64,000 nucleotides of DNA from positions 4,000,001 to 4,064,000 of the forward strand of contig OZ251459.1 of the NCBI GenBank assembly GCA_965242525.1, given 5' to 3'. How positions within the stretch are numbered: the stretch's first letter is position 1; the number at the start of each line of letters is the position of its first letter. Source of the stretch: an uncultured Candidatus Binatia bacterium. GTDB taxonomy: Bacteria > Desulfobacterota > Binatia > UBA9968 > JAJDTQ01. The translations under genes and the position numbers were made by a program. Shown here piece after piece: positions 8,001 to 17,010 of the stretch. The notes beneath the pieces were generated by a model, which had not been told where the DNA came from, did not search any database, and saw only the letters and a program-made list of their open reading frames with translations.

Positions 8001-10374
8001 GGACGCGAGCGGCTACAAGGTGCAATGGAAGTCCGGGAGCGAGGAATACGACCCCGCGGAGCGGGAGGCGGAGGTGACCACCGGCACGAGCCACGTCATC
8101 ACCGGCCTGGACACGGGCACGACCTACACGGTGCGGGTCATCTCCACCCACAGTACCGAACCGGACAGCCAGCCCTCATCGGAGGCCACCGGGACGCCAG
8201 AGGACCCGCCCCCTCCGCCTTCCCCGGTTCCCCCGCGGCCCGAGACCCTGATCGATGTAGGCAGCGATGCGGGCGAGACGGAGCATACGGTGAGGGGGCG
8301 CACGGTGACGGTGGTGGTGGAAGAGGGGGTTCCGGCAGGGATCGAGCTGGACCTGGCGAGCCTGCCGGAGCCGGCTACCGAGAACGAGCGTCTGACTCTG
8401 ACCTTCTCGCCGGTGGCCGACCCGCCGGCGGGCCAGGGGGTCAACCTGGGGCCGGCCGCGGCCCGGACGGTGGTGGACGTGTCGGTGCAGGTGGGGACGG
8501 TCCCGTCCGCGGGCGTGCGGCTGTGCCTGCCTGTGCCGCAGGGTCTGCGGGACGCTGCGGGCGGGCGGCGCCTGTTGCTGCTGCATTACGACGGGGAGAC
8601 CTGGTCGGAAGTGGAGGGTTCGAGCGAGTCCGGAGGGAGGGTGTGCGCTTCGGGCATCGCGTCCTTCTCGTTCTTTGCGGTGGGTTACGAGGACACGCGG
8701 CCGGTGTTCCCGTCCGACTTCACCATGACGCGGATGGTGTTCGCGTTGGGGCGGGACGTGCGGGTGGTGTTGCCGGCGGCCTCGGGCGGGGACGGGACGG
8801 AGCACGCGTTGCTGCCGCAGCCGCAGGTGTTGCCTCCGGGGCTGCGGTTCGACCCGGCGTCGCGGACCCTGTCGGGGACGCCCACGGAGGAGTTCCCCCG
8901 GAGGGCCTACCGGTGGACGGCGACGGACCGGGACGGACAGACTGCGGAGTTGGAGTTCACCATCGAGGTGTTGTCGGCGAAGACGCTGTCGCGGGCGCGG
9001 TTGAAGAGGGTCAACGAAGCGATCCTGCCGGAGTTGTCGCGCGCCATGTGGGGCGGGGCCATGGAAGCGGTGGCGAGGCGCGTGGAGGAGATGGCGCAAG
9101 GGGTTGGCGGCGGGACCGTAGGGGAAGGGTTGGACCGGGTGGCGGAGATGCTGGAGGGGCATGAGGAAGCGTCGAGGAAGGGCGAACTGAACTGGAACAG
9201 GATGGTGTCGGGCCGGTGGCTTTCGCTGGGGCTGTCGGAAGGCGGCGGAGGAACGGGCGGAGTCTCGGACCTGGGGTTGTGGGGGAGCGGTGACTACCGG
9301 AGCCTGCTGGTGAAGGGGACGGACGTGGGGGATTGGGAAGGGGAGGTGTACGGCGGGAACGTGGGGATGGACGGGGTCTGGGGGCAGGAGTTGTGGGGAG
9401 GCCGGTTGCTGGGAGGGTTGTCGGGGTCCTGGTACGAGAGCCGGGCGGAGTACGGGGCCGGCGCGGCTCCCGGTCGGCACGAGGGGTGGATGGTGAGCGT
9501 GCAGCCGTACATGGGTTGGTTGTCGGGGGACGGGGGTTGGTCGGTGTGGACGGCGGTGGGCTATGGGGAGGGGGAGGTGCGGATCGTGGACGAGGAACTG
9601 GCGGGGCGGTACGGGGAGCAGAAGAGCGGCAGTCGTCTGGCGGGCGGGGCGCTGGGCGGGAGGATGGGGTTGCTGGAGGTCGGGCGCACGCGAGTGGAGA
9701 TGAAGGGGGAAGGACGGGTCGCGCAACTGAAGGTGGACGACAACGGGGAGTTGATCGCCGGGGTGACGGTGGAGACGTACCGGTTGCGGACCGCGGTGGA
9801 AGGGACCACGCGGTGGGGGGCGCTGGAGTTGCGGAGCGAGTTCGGGGCCAGGTGGGACGGAGGGGACGGACAGACGGGAGCGGGGATCGAGTCGGGGGGC
9901 GCTTTGGCGTATGCGTTCCCGGGGTCGGGCCTCAGGTTGGAGGGCAACTGGCGCGGGTTGGCGTGGCACGGCGGCAAGGTCCATGAGTGGGGAGCCGGGG
10001 GATCGGTGTCGTGGGTGTCCGGGACCGAGGGGCTGGGTTGGCTGCTGAAGGTGGCGCCTTCGTGGGGAGAGACGGGGAGCGGCGTGGGGCGTCTGTGGGA
10101 GGAAAGGTTGGCGGACGCCGGGTCGGACAGGAGCAGGGTTCCCGGAGGTCGCGTGGAGACGGAGATGGGTTACGGGATCGGGCTGTCGGGCCGCGGGGTG
10201 TGGACGCCGTATGCAGGCGCGGGGCTTTGGGGCGACGGAGGCCGGAAGTACCGGGTGGGAAGCCGCCTGAAGGGGAAGGGATCACTGGCGCTGGACCTGG
10301 AGGCCGAACGCAGAGAGCGCCGCACCGCCCGCCCCGAACACGGCGTCAACCTGAACCTGCGCGTCCGGTGGTAG
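5008..10374 (+). CDS. large autotransporter/adhesin with fibronectin type III repeats, putative Ig domain and C-terminal beta-barrel
   Basis: Signal peptide MRSRRIVSLLALTVFAAAAFA; ten ~90-aa repeats with SW...GYKVQWKSG...GL..GT.Y.V.V; LPPGLRFDPASRTLSGTP (He_PIG-like); barrel-like C-terminus ending NLNLRVRW; RBS-like GGGAGG upstream. Confidence 0.88.
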   Translation: MRSRRIVSLLALTVFAAAAFAAVPRDAEATCSEASHTISNLQVTSKTQTSISYSWSRPACATGNARYRVAQPRPGGHDFLTRTPASSAATLTYTRTGLSPGTSYSTTVRLENSSIDRTGWATTVTTTTNAPPPGAPSGVTVTPGVQSLVVSWTAGTNANGYKVQWKSGSQAYDTSTRQATSTSTSYTISSLTGGTEYTVRVISTRTGASDSAASSEETGTPQYPAAAVPSGVTVTPALSSLVVSWTASANASGYKVQWKSGSQVYNTGDRQATVTTGTSYTITGLTAGVSYDVQVIATRSNAPDSAASTETSGIAQYPAAGVPGSVTVAPAVQSLTVSWTAATNADGYKVQWKSGAQAYDAATRQATATGTSHTITGLTGGTEYTVRVIATRTNAPDGTASSEATGTPQYPAAGVPGSVTVAPAVQSLTVSWTAGANANGYKVQWKSGAQAYDAATRQATTTGTSYTITGLTAGTSYDVRVIATRTNAPDGTASSEETGTPQHPAAGVPSGVTVTPAVGSLVVSWTAAANANGYKVQWKSGIEAYNTGDRQATSTSTSHTISSLTAGTEYTVRVIATRTNAPDSAASSERTGTAQYAAAGVPSGVTVTPAVESLTVSWTAATNANGYKVQWKSGSEAYNTSSRQATVTSGTSYTITGLTGGTSYDVRVISTRTNAPDSAASSDTSGTAQSPPPGAPGGVTVTPAVASLIVSWNAVTGANGYKVQWKSGSQMYDASARQGTTTGTSHTITGLTAGTEYDVQVIATHTNAPDSAASGEVSETPQQPAAGAPSGVTATPAVESLAVSWTAGTNANGYKVQWKSGSQGYDAATRQATVSSGTSYTITSLTGGTEYTIRVISTRTNAPDSAASSEETGIPQQPPPGVPSNVRAAPAGLTSLTVSWDAVTGASGYKVQWKSGAQVYDTSARQETATGTSHVITGLTQGTEYTVRVITTNTNAPDSAASAEATGTPTLPPPAQVTVAPAADSPTDSLAVSWSAVADASGYKVQWKSGSEEYDPAEREAEVTTGTSHVITGLDTGTTYTVRVISTHSTEPDSQPSSEATGTPEDPPPPPSPVPPRPETLIDVGSDAGETEHTVRGRTVTVVVEEGVPAGIELDLASLPEPATENERLTLTFSPVADPPAGQGVNLGPAAARTVVDVSVQVGTVPSAGVRLCLPVPQGLRDAAGGRRLLLLHYDGETWSEVEGSSESGGRVCASGIASFSFFAVGYEDTRPVFPSDFTMTRMVFALGRDVRVVLPAASGGDGTEHALLPQPQVLPPGLRFDPASRTLSGTPTEEFPRRAYRWTATDRDGQTAELEFTIEVLSAKTLSRARLKRVNEAILPELSRAMWGGAMEAVARRVEEMAQGVGGGTVGEGLDRVAEMLEGHEEASRKGELNWNRMVSGRWLSLGLSEGGGGTGGVSDLGLWGSGDYRSLLVKGTDVGDWEGEVYGGNVGMDGVWGQELWGGRLLGGLSGSWYESRAEYGAGAAPGRHEGWMVSVQPYMGWLSGDGGWSVWTAVGYGEGEVRIVDEELAGRYGEQKSGSRLAGGALGGRMGLLEVGRTRVEMKGEGRVAQLKVDDNGELIAGVTVETYRLRTAVEGTTRWGALELRSEFGARWDGGDGQTGAGIESGGALAYAFPGSGLRLEGNWRGLAWHGGKVHEWGAGGSVSWVSGTEGLGWLLKVAPSWGETGSGVGRLWEERLADAGSDRSRVPGGRVETEMGYGIGLSGRGVWTPYAGAGLWGDGGRKYRVGSRLKGKGSLALDLEAERRERRTARPEHGVNLNLRVRW
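5395..8200 (+). repeat. ten tandem FN3-coding repeats (~280 bp period)
   Basis: tacaaggtgca(g/a)tggaagtccggg recurs 10 times. Confidence 0.92.
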
Positions 10375-10460
10375 GCCTTGCTTTTCGGACGCCGGGACGT
10401 AACATGGAGTAGCGGCCCCGAACCGCCCACATTCCGTGCCGATACGGACGATTGGGAACG

Positions 10461-10724
10461 ATGTACATCTACGCAGTCATCCTGACCGAACCCGACGTGG
10501 CCGCCTGGGAACGCGTGCGGGAGAGTTGGCCGGGGGAGCACCTCATCCTGACGGACCGGATTGCCTTCGTCCGGGAGCAAGCCGTCACGACGACCCATGA
10601 CGTGGCCGACAAAGTCGGAATGAACCGGGAAGGGAACGTAAACGGTTTCGTGCTCGATACGGCCTACATTGCCGGGTGGACCAGTTCCCGATTGTCGGAA
10701 TGGATGGATAAGATCAGTGGCTGA
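10461..10724 (+). CDS. hypothetical protein
   Basis: 87-codon ORF MYIYAVILTEPD... with protein-like composition; its stop overlaps the next gene start. Confidence 0.6.
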   Translation: MYIYAVILTEPDVAAWERVRESWPGEHLILTDRIAFVREQAVTTTHDVADKVGMNREGNVNGFVLDTAYIAGWTSSRLSEWMDKISG

Positions 10725-11115
10725 AATCGCGGGCATTGGCCGAGCGAGGGGTCTCGTGCGTCCCGGCAACGGGAATGGAGGCGGTCACGAGATCCACGAA
10801 CGGCTCGCACGAATCGAGATACGGATGGAATCCGTGGCGTCCCGCGAGGACGTGGCTGCAATCAAGGCACGGATGGAATCCATGGCGTTCCGCGAGGATG
10901 TGGCCGAAATCAAGGCACGGATGGAATCCATGGCGTCCCGCGAGGACGTGGCCGCAATCAGGACACAGATGGAATCCATGGCGTCCCGCGAGGACGTGGC
11001 CGCAATCAGGACGCTCATCGAGGAAAAGGAAACCAGGACGCTGCGATGGTTGATCGGTGTAACCGTTGCAGCATCGATCAGTCTGCTTGCGACGCTGCTT
11101 CGCACGCTTCTCTAG
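10717..11115 (+). CDS. coiled-coil protein with C-terminal TM anchor (DUF1640/CCDC90-like)
   Basis: Four MES(M/V)A(S/F)REDVA(A/E)I repeats, then RTLRWLIGVTVAASISLL; GTG start. Confidence 0.7.
   Translation: MAEIAGIGRARGLVRPGNGNGGGHEIHERLARIEIRMESVASREDVAAIKARMESMAFREDVAEIKARMESMASREDVAAIRTQMESMASREDVAAIRTLIEEKETRTLRWLIGVTVAASISLLATLLRTLL
10825..11016 (+). repeat. 4 x 48-bp in-frame tandem repeat
   Basis: atggaatcc at 10825, 10873, 10921, 10969. Confidence 0.92.
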
Positions 11116-11199
11116 CCCGAAGTTCCCCGGACCGGCTGCGCCATCGGCCCACGGACTTCCCGGTCCGGTCCCGCGGCGGCTCCGTGCATCCCCTGCTCT

Positions 11200-11228
11200 T
11201 GGACATTGACGCGGGCCTGTGTTACAAA
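11200..11228 (+). promoter_or_regulatory. putative sigma70-type promoter of tRNA-Asn
   Basis: TGGACA-17 nt-TACAAA with an extended -10 TGn, 11 nt before the tRNA. Confidence 0.4.
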
Positions 11229-11239
11229 AGTCAGCCTGT

Positions 11240-11315
<76 letters not shown>

Positions 11316-11354
11316 CTGAATCGACCGTTGACTCTTGCGGCTGGTTGCCGGACA

Positions 11355-11394
11355 CGAGACCCCGAGGGGCCAACCCGTCGGGGTCTCGTCGTTT
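11355..11394 (+). terminator. stem-loop after the tRNA, probable terminator
   Basis: cgagaccccga...tcggggtctcg inverted repeat followed by tcgttt. Confidence 0.55.
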
Positions 11395-11417
11395 GCGGCG
11401 GGACCGGAGGTTCGAGC

Positions 11418-12431
11418 ATGCGTTTCGGCATCGCGTTCGGGAGCTATCCGTCGGACCTGGACCCCGTGGAGGTCTGCCGCGACTTCACCCGGAGGGCGCA
11501 GGTTGCCCACGACAGCAACTACGAAGCCCTCTTCGTCGCCCAGCACTACGCCACCGGACCCGACGCGGCCATGCTCCAGTCCCTGCCGCTGCTGTCCTAT
11601 TTCGCCGGCGTGGCCCCCGGCATGTACCTGGGCACAGCCGTTTTCCTGCTGCCCATGCACCAGCCCCTGATGGTGGCGGAGTACGCCTCCACGCTCGACA
11701 ACCTGTGCAACGGCAAGTTCCTGTTCGGCGTCGGCCAAGGCTACCGCGACCTGGAGTTCGATTCCCTGGGCGTGTCCCGACGCGAGCGGCGCCAGCGGCT
11801 GGTGGAAGGCATCGAGGTGGTCAAGCGGCTGTGGACCGAGGACGATGTGCGCCACCACGGGCGGTTCTACCGCATGGACGGCGTCACCATCGAGCCGAAA
11901 CCGATCCGGAAGCCCCGGCCGCCCATCCTGCTGGGGGCCGACACCGTGCCCACGGTGGCCCGGGCGCCGGAAATAGCGGACCACTGGATCGCCAGCCGCC
12001 GCCACACCAAGGGGTTCCTGCGGGAAGCGCTGCCGGCCTACAAGCGCGCCCTGGACGAGCACGGGAGGCCCTTCGAGGGCCTGTACATCTTTCGCGACCT
12101 GTGCGTGGCCGACAGCCGAGAGGAAGCCGAAAAGCGCGTCCGCGAGGGCTACGAGCGGCGTTACCGGCGGTACCAGAGCTGGGGCCAGCCGGGCGAGCGT
12201 TACGACCTGCCGTTCGAGCAGTTGCAGCAGGACCGCCTGGTGCTCGGCAGCCCCGCGGAAGTCACCGAGCAGGTGATGGCCTACCACGAGGAGTTCGGCG
12301 CCGAGTTCATGTGGTTCATGGTGGACTGGCCCGGCGTGGACCCGGGCATCACCCTGGAGACCATCCAGCGCTTCGGCGAAGAGGTCATCCCGGAGTTGAA
12401 GCGGCTCACCCCGGAGTGCCCGCTGCCCTAG
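11418..12431 (+). CDS. LLM class flavin-dependent oxidoreductase
   Basis: MRFGI, AQHY, GTAVFLLPMHQP, FGVGQGYR, PKPIRKPRPPILLG, GSPAEV; RBS GGAGG. Confidence 0.92.
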   Translation: MRFGIAFGSYPSDLDPVEVCRDFTRRAQVAHDSNYEALFVAQHYATGPDAAMLQSLPLLSYFAGVAPGMYLGTAVFLLPMHQPLMVAEYASTLDNLCNGKFLFGVGQGYRDLEFDSLGVSRRERRQRLVEGIEVVKRLWTEDDVRHHGRFYRMDGVTIEPKPIRKPRPPILLGADTVPTVARAPEIADHWIASRRHTKGFLREALPAYKRALDEHGRPFEGLYIFRDLCVADSREEAEKRVREGYERRYRRYQSWGQPGERYDLPFEQLQQDRLVLGSPAEVTEQVMAYHEEFGAEFMWFMVDWPGVDPGITLETIQRFGEEVIPELKRLTPECPLP

Positions 12432-12501
12432 CCGCGGGTCCGAGGGGGTAGGGACCGGCGGCGCCCGCGGGCAGGGCGGGCCTTGCGGAACGGAGGAGAG
12501 C

Positions 12502-13398
12502 ATGAAGACGCCGTCGTCGCTGATTACGTTGGGCACCGCGGGCGGGCCGTCGTTGACCCCGCGCCGGGCCCAGTCGTCCAACCTCCTGACCGTCAACGGG
12601 ACCTGTTACCTGGTGGACGCCGGCGACGGCGTGGCGCGGCGCATGGCCAGGGCCGGCGCGGACGTGCGCCGGGTCGGGACCATATTCCTCACCCACCACC
12701 ACGACGACCACACCGCCGGCCTCGGCACGCTCATGTCCCTGGCCTGGGACCGCCAGCGCACGGAGCCCATCCACGTCTATGGCCCGCCCCGCACCGCCGA
12801 GCTGGTGGAGGCCGCGGTCCGGTACGGCAGCTTCAGCGCCGACATACGGATCGCCGACGGCGGCCGGAGCGTGCCCCTGGACGAGGTCTTCTTCGGCCAC
12901 GACGCGGGCGTGGGCGAGGTCTATGGGGACGACAACGTGCGGGTGACCGCGGTGGAGAACACCCACTTCAGCTTCCACCGGGGCGGCGACGCCGGGCGCT
13001 ACAAGTCCTACTCCTACCGCTTCGAGACCCCAGACCGGGTGGTCGTGTTCACCGGCGACACGGGACCCAGCGCCGCGGTCGCCGCGCTGGCCAGGGGGGC
13101 GGACCTGCTGGTCACCGAGACCTCCTCGTGCGACGAACGCCGGGAGGCGATGACGAAGGACGGCCGCTGGCAGGCCATGACTCCCGCGGAGCGGGAAGGC
13201 ATCATGCGGCAGGCCACCCAGGGGCACATGAACCTGGAGCTCATCGGCCAGCTCGCCGCCCAGGCCGGGGTCAAGACGGTGGTGATGTCCCACCTCACCC
13301 GGCGCGTGGACGACCGCGGCTACGAGCCCTGGGCCGAAGAGGTGAGGAAGCACTTCTCCGGCCAGGTGTTCATCGCCGAGGACCTGATGGAGTTTTGA
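12502..13398 (+). CDS. MBL-fold metallo-hydrolase (RNase Z/arylsulfatase-like)
   Basis: LGTAGGP, LVDAGDG, FLTHHHDDH, FTGDTG, VMSHL. Confidence 0.9.
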   Translation: MKTPSSLITLGTAGGPSLTPRRAQSSNLLTVNGTCYLVDAGDGVARRMARAGADVRRVGTIFLTHHHDDHTAGLGTLMSLAWDRQRTEPIHVYGPPRTAELVEAAVRYGSFSADIRIADGGRSVPLDEVFFGHDAGVGEVYGDDNVRVTAVENTHFSFHRGGDAGRYKSYSYRFETPDRVVVFTGDTGPSAAVAALARGADLLVTETSSCDERREAMTKDGRWQAMTPAEREGIMRQATQGHMNLELIGQLAAQAGVKTVVMSHLTRRVDDRGYEPWAEEVRKHFSGQVFIAEDLMEF

Positions 13399-13405
13399 GT
13401 TTCGG

Positions 13406-13595
13406 GGCTCTGCAGGAATCCCACTTCGTCATTCCCGCGAAAGCGGGAATCCATCCATTTTGTACAACGAGGTCGAGAAAAGTGGATTCCCGCTTTCGCG
13501 GGAATGACGAAGTGGGCGTCTGCGGAGCAATGACGGCGTGGTTCCTGTCGCTCCCCTTCCCCTCCTGCCTTGTCCACACGAAAGCCGGAAGCGCC
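13406..13595. mobile_element. MITE-A copy containing a REP1 doublet (13427-13509); near-perfect 8-bp TSD
   Basis: agtttcgg[ggctctgcaggaatc...ccacacgaaagccggaagcgcc]ggtttcgg. Confidence 0.65.
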
Positions 13596-13637
13596 GGTTT
13601 CGGGAAGACCGGGCGGGCCGGATGTCCCGCGTGGGCG

Positions 13638-14708
13638 CTATCCTCCGAGCCCGTAGAAGGCCCGCGAGTTGGCGTCCAGGATCTTGTCCGCTTGGCGGCT
13701 GCTGATTCTGCCTTCGTCCGCCCAGTTGCGCACCTCGTTGAGCCCGCTCAGGTTGGCCGAGATGTCGGTGTGGCTGTAGTCGGTGCCGATCATCAGGTTG
13801 TCCTCGGTCCCGAACTTCAGGATCGACTCGATGTCGTCGATGGGGTCGAGGGTGATGAAGGTCCGGTTCTCCCGGAACATCTCCGGCTCCAGGTCGAACA
13901 GGTGGGGCAGCCGGGTCTGCTTGCCTCGCAGCAGCGCGCGTTTCTGCGCCCCCAGTTGCGACATGACGTAGGGGATCCAGGACGCCCCGGACTCGATGAA
14001 ACCGAACCGGAGCTTGGGGAACCGTTTGGGCACGTCGGAGCTCACCAGTTCGGCGAAGGAGTACATGATCGGGAAGCCCCGGTCCCATTCGCGCCCCGGC
14101 AGCGGATGGCCGGTGTGGATGCACAGGGGCATGTCCAGGCTGCCGGCCTCTTCATAGACCGGGAAGAAGTGCGGGTCCGTGACCTTCCGGTTCAGGTCGA
14201 AGCCCCGCTTGAATATGCCGCAGGCGCCGTGCTCCCTGGCCCAGCGCAGCTCCTCCACGGCCGTCTCGGGCCGCAGCCACGGCAACACCGCGGCCCACTG
14301 CAACCGCCCGCGGGTGGGCTCGCACTTCTCGGCCAGCCAGCGGTTGTAGGTGGTGGCCAGCGCCCATTCCGCTTCCGCGTTGACGGTGTTGTGGCGGATG
14401 AAGAAGGTGGGGAATATGACCTGGACGTCCACCCCCATCTCGTCCATGTGGGCGAGACGGCCCTCCACGTCCTCCAGCTCCCGCCGCACCCGGAGGGGGT
14501 GGTTGACCTCGTCCCGGACCGCGCGGTTCTGGAGCCTGCCTTCCACCACCCAACTGCGGCGGGTGGTGCTGTTGAAGCCGGCGCGCTCGGCCTCTTCCGG
14601 CGACATGTGGACCGTCACCGGTATGTACTTGGCGTAAGGGGTGCCTTCCAGCTTGGTCCAGGTGGACTCGGACTCGTCCACGTGGGTGTCGGCATCGATC
14701 ACGGGCAT
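13638..14708 (-). CDS. amidohydrolase family 2 protein
   Basis: VIDADTHV, MDEMGVDVQVIFPT, PLCIHTG, FIESGASWIP, IGTDYSH; RBS GGAGG. Confidence 0.92.
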   Translation of the reverse strand: MPVIDADTHVDESESTWTKLEGTPYAKYIPVTVHMSPEEAERAGFNSTTRRSWVVEGRLQNRAVRDEVNHPLRVRRELEDVEGRLAHMDEMGVDVQVIFPTFFIRHNTVNAEAEWALATTYNRWLAEKCEPTRGRLQWAAVLPWLRPETAVEELRWAREHGACGIFKRGFDLNRKVTDPHFFPVYEEAGSLDMPLCIHTGHPLPGREWDRGFPIMYSFAELVSSDVPKRFPKLRFGFIESGASWIPYVMSQLGAQKRALLRGKQTRLPHLFDLEPEMFRENRTFITLDPIDDIESILKFGTEDNLMIGTDYSHTDISANLSGLNEVRNWADEGRISSRQADKILDANSRAFYGLGG

Positions 14709-14739
14709 GGCAAAACCTCCCTGGGTGCTATGTAACCAA

Positions 14740-14870
14740 GGAACCTCTGAACGATCGAGACGTCCGGGATGGATTCCCGATTTCCTCACCCTGACGCCCC
14801 TGGCCCCGTTCATCCTGAGCGTAGCGAAGCGAAGTCGAAGGACGCTCTCTCCCGATTGTCCAGAGGTTCC
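14740..14870. mobile_element. MITE-B copy, TSD CCAA/CTAA
   Basis: ccaa[ggaacctctgaacgatcg...cgattgtccagaggttcc]ctaa with internal REP2. Confidence 0.8.
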
Positions 14871-14877
14871 CTAAGTA

Positions 14878-16089
14878 CTAAGTAGTCTCCTCGATCCCCG
14901 CCCGGGTCTCCGCCACCACCATATCGACCACGGCGCACAGCGCCTCCGCGTCCGTGTCCCCCTCCAGGCGGCGGAGACGGAACAGGTCGATCTGGCGGTC
15001 TGCGCTGGCGCCGTTGCGGATGATGGAGAGGGCGTGCCGCAACTCCTCCTCGCAGCCGAGGGCGCGGGCGTCGTCGGCCAATTCCTCGACGAGCCCCGCG
15101 GCGTAGTCCTCGATGTCCATGCGCCCGCCTCCGCTCCCGCGGGTGTCGCCGAGGAAGCCGAGCACGCCGTAGCGCTGGGCGAGCCAGCGGTTCTCCGCGA
15201 TGATCTCGGTGGCCGGCTCGGGCGGCAGCGCGCCTTCCCGGTCCAGCCGCAGGAGCCGCCGGATGAGGGAGGCGTAGATGGCGGCGATGCACACCGCGTC
15301 CTCGATGCGCGTGCAGATGTCGCAGATCCGCATCTCCACCGTGGGATAGGCGTGGGAAGGGCGGATGTCCCACCACAGCTCGCTGCCGTCCTTGAGGAAC
15401 TCCATGCGCCGGTAGTCGGCCAGGAGCTGGTCGTATTCCGCCCGGGACCACAGCGGCCCCGGCACGCTGGTGCGCGGCAGGCCGCCGATGAGGTTCAGGC
15501 GGTAGGACTTGAACCCGGTCTCGTGGCCGGCGTTGAACGGCGACGAGGTGGAAAGCGCGTGGAGCAGCGGAAGGTAGCGCCGCATCGCGGTCATGACCCG
15601 GATGCGCGAATCCGGGTCGCCGAAGCCGGCATGGATGTGCATCCCGCCGATGAGGAACTGGCGCACGGCCTCCTGGAATATGACCGCGAAGCGCTGGTAG
15701 CGCTCCTTGGGGGTGACCATCTGCGCCCGCCACGCGGCGAAGGGATGGGTGGAGGCGGCCATGAGCGCGGCCCCGTATTTCTCGGCCGCGCCCACCACCA
15801 GCCGGCGGGTCTCCCGCAGGGCGTCGCCCACGTCCGCCACCGACTTGCAGATCCGGGTGTTGGTCTCGATCTGGGTGCGGAGGAGCTCCCGGACCACCTT
15901 GTGGGGTCCGCCGTCGTTCTCGCAGGTCTCGAAGATGCCCAGGTCCGGGTCGGCCACCAGGTCCCGGGACTCGGGATCCACGAGGAAGAACTCCTCTTCG
16001 ACCCCGAGGGTGATGTCGAGGCCGTGGTCGTCTTCCTGCTCCGCGCGGTCGCCCGCGCCCGTGATCTTGCGCAGATTCCTGAAGGCCAT
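14878..16089 (-). CDS. ybdK: carboxylate-amine ligase / glutamate--cysteine ligase GCS2 (YbdK family)
   Basis: TLGVEEEFFLVD, GMHIHAG, ALSTSSPF, LWWDIRPS, TVEMRICD, ENRWLAQRYG. Confidence 0.9.
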   Translation of the reverse strand: MAFRNLRKITGAGDRAEQEDDHGLDITLGVEEEFFLVDPESRDLVADPDLGIFETCENDGGPHKVVRELLRTQIETNTRICKSVADVGDALRETRRLVVGAAEKYGAALMAASTHPFAAWRAQMVTPKERYQRFAVIFQEAVRQFLIGGMHIHAGFGDPDSRIRVMTAMRRYLPLLHALSTSSPFNAGHETGFKSYRLNLIGGLPRTSVPGPLWSRAEYDQLLADYRRMEFLKDGSELWWDIRPSHAYPTVEMRICDICTRIEDAVCIAAIYASLIRRLLRLDREGALPPEPATEIIAENRWLAQRYGVLGFLGDTRGSGGGRMDIEDYAAGLVEELADDARALGCEEELRHALSIIRNGASADRQIDLFRLRRLEGDTDAEALCAVVDMVVAETRAGIEETT

Positions 16090-16256
16090 GTCCCGCCTCG
16101 TCCAGCGCGGTCCCGGGCCCCCGGGACCGCGGTTCGCAGTATTGCACGGGCCGCGGGGGGAGGCAAGCGCCGGTTGCGCCCGCCGGGCCCACGTTGTATA
16201 AGGGGCGGTTCGCCAAAGCGAGGTTCGTGCTCATCGGACGAGACCGCCACGAAAGC

Positions 16257-16973
16257 ATGATCACTCCCAACCAGGCCATCCCTCCCCTTCTCGCCCTCGC
16301 CCTCACCATGACCCTGTTCCAGGCGAACGGGGAGGCCTGCACGGACCACGGAAGCGCGGGCGCCGAATCCGCCTGCCGCGACCGCGTTCGCGCGCGCGCC
16401 CCCGGCGACGGCATGGTCCGCATCCTGCGCACCGCCTGCGAGGACGGCGCGGTGGCGCGCTGGAACGCGGTCGATCGCGAAGCGGTGACGTTCAAGGTCA
16501 ACAACTGGGTCGGCGTGCCCCGCGAGCTGGCCCGGGCGGTCCGCCGGGGCGTGCTGCAATGGAACCGGGTGCAGCCGTTCTACGCCATGCGCGAGACCGC
16601 GGACGAAGCCGCGGACATCACCATCGAGGTGTTCGACGACGTGTTCCCGGGGGTCGTCGGCGCCACCAAGGTCAAATGCCGCAACGGCCAGGAAGGCATC
16701 CGCAAGGCCTACGTCTATCTCGGGGTCCGGGGCGCGGGCGCGGTGGAGGTGCGGAACATGACGGCCCACGAGATCGGGCACGCCATGGGCCTCGGCCATT
16801 CGGACCGGAGCCATGACCTCATGGACGCGGGACTGGCGGAGAAGGACATGGCCGAACGCGCCATCTGCCCCAGCAACCTGAACCTCGCGGGGTTGATCGC
16901 CGGGACCCATTCCTACGCCATCCCAGAAGAGGAGTGGGCCGAGGTGGACTGCGCCGGACGGGTTCCCGGATGA
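16257..16973 (+). CDS. secreted matrixin/M10-like zinc metalloprotease
   Basis: Signal-like N-terminus; HEIGHAMGLGHS zinc motif followed by Met-turn DLM. Confidence 0.8.
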   Translation: MITPNQAIPPLLALALTMTLFQANGEACTDHGSAGAESACRDRVRARAPGDGMVRILRTACEDGAVARWNAVDREAVTFKVNNWVGVPRELARAVRRGVLQWNRVQPFYAMRETADEAADITIEVFDDVFPGVVGATKVKCRNGQEGIRKAYVYLGVRGAGAVEVRNMTAHEIGHAMGLGHSDRSHDLMDAGLAEKDMAERAICPSNLNLAGLIAGTHSYAIPEEEWAEVDCAGRVPG

Positions 16974-17010
16974 GGCGGGGGAAGGGGACGGCAGGGGCGG
17001 CGGTGGCGCC

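Noticed and set aside
5095-8200. Diversity-generating retroelement acting on the adhesin
   Set aside because: No RT, and repeat differences are not confined to adenine positions.
5347-9164. Long alternative-frame and antisense ORFs over the autotransporter, and similar ones at 41343-44303, 55335-58184 and 59309-63289
   Set aside because: Arg/Gly/Pro-rich shadow ORFs expected in high-GC DNA; each overlaps a gene with recognisable motifs.
10825-11016. CRISPR-like or non-coding array
   Set aside because: The 48-bp units are in frame in a coding gene and have no spacers.
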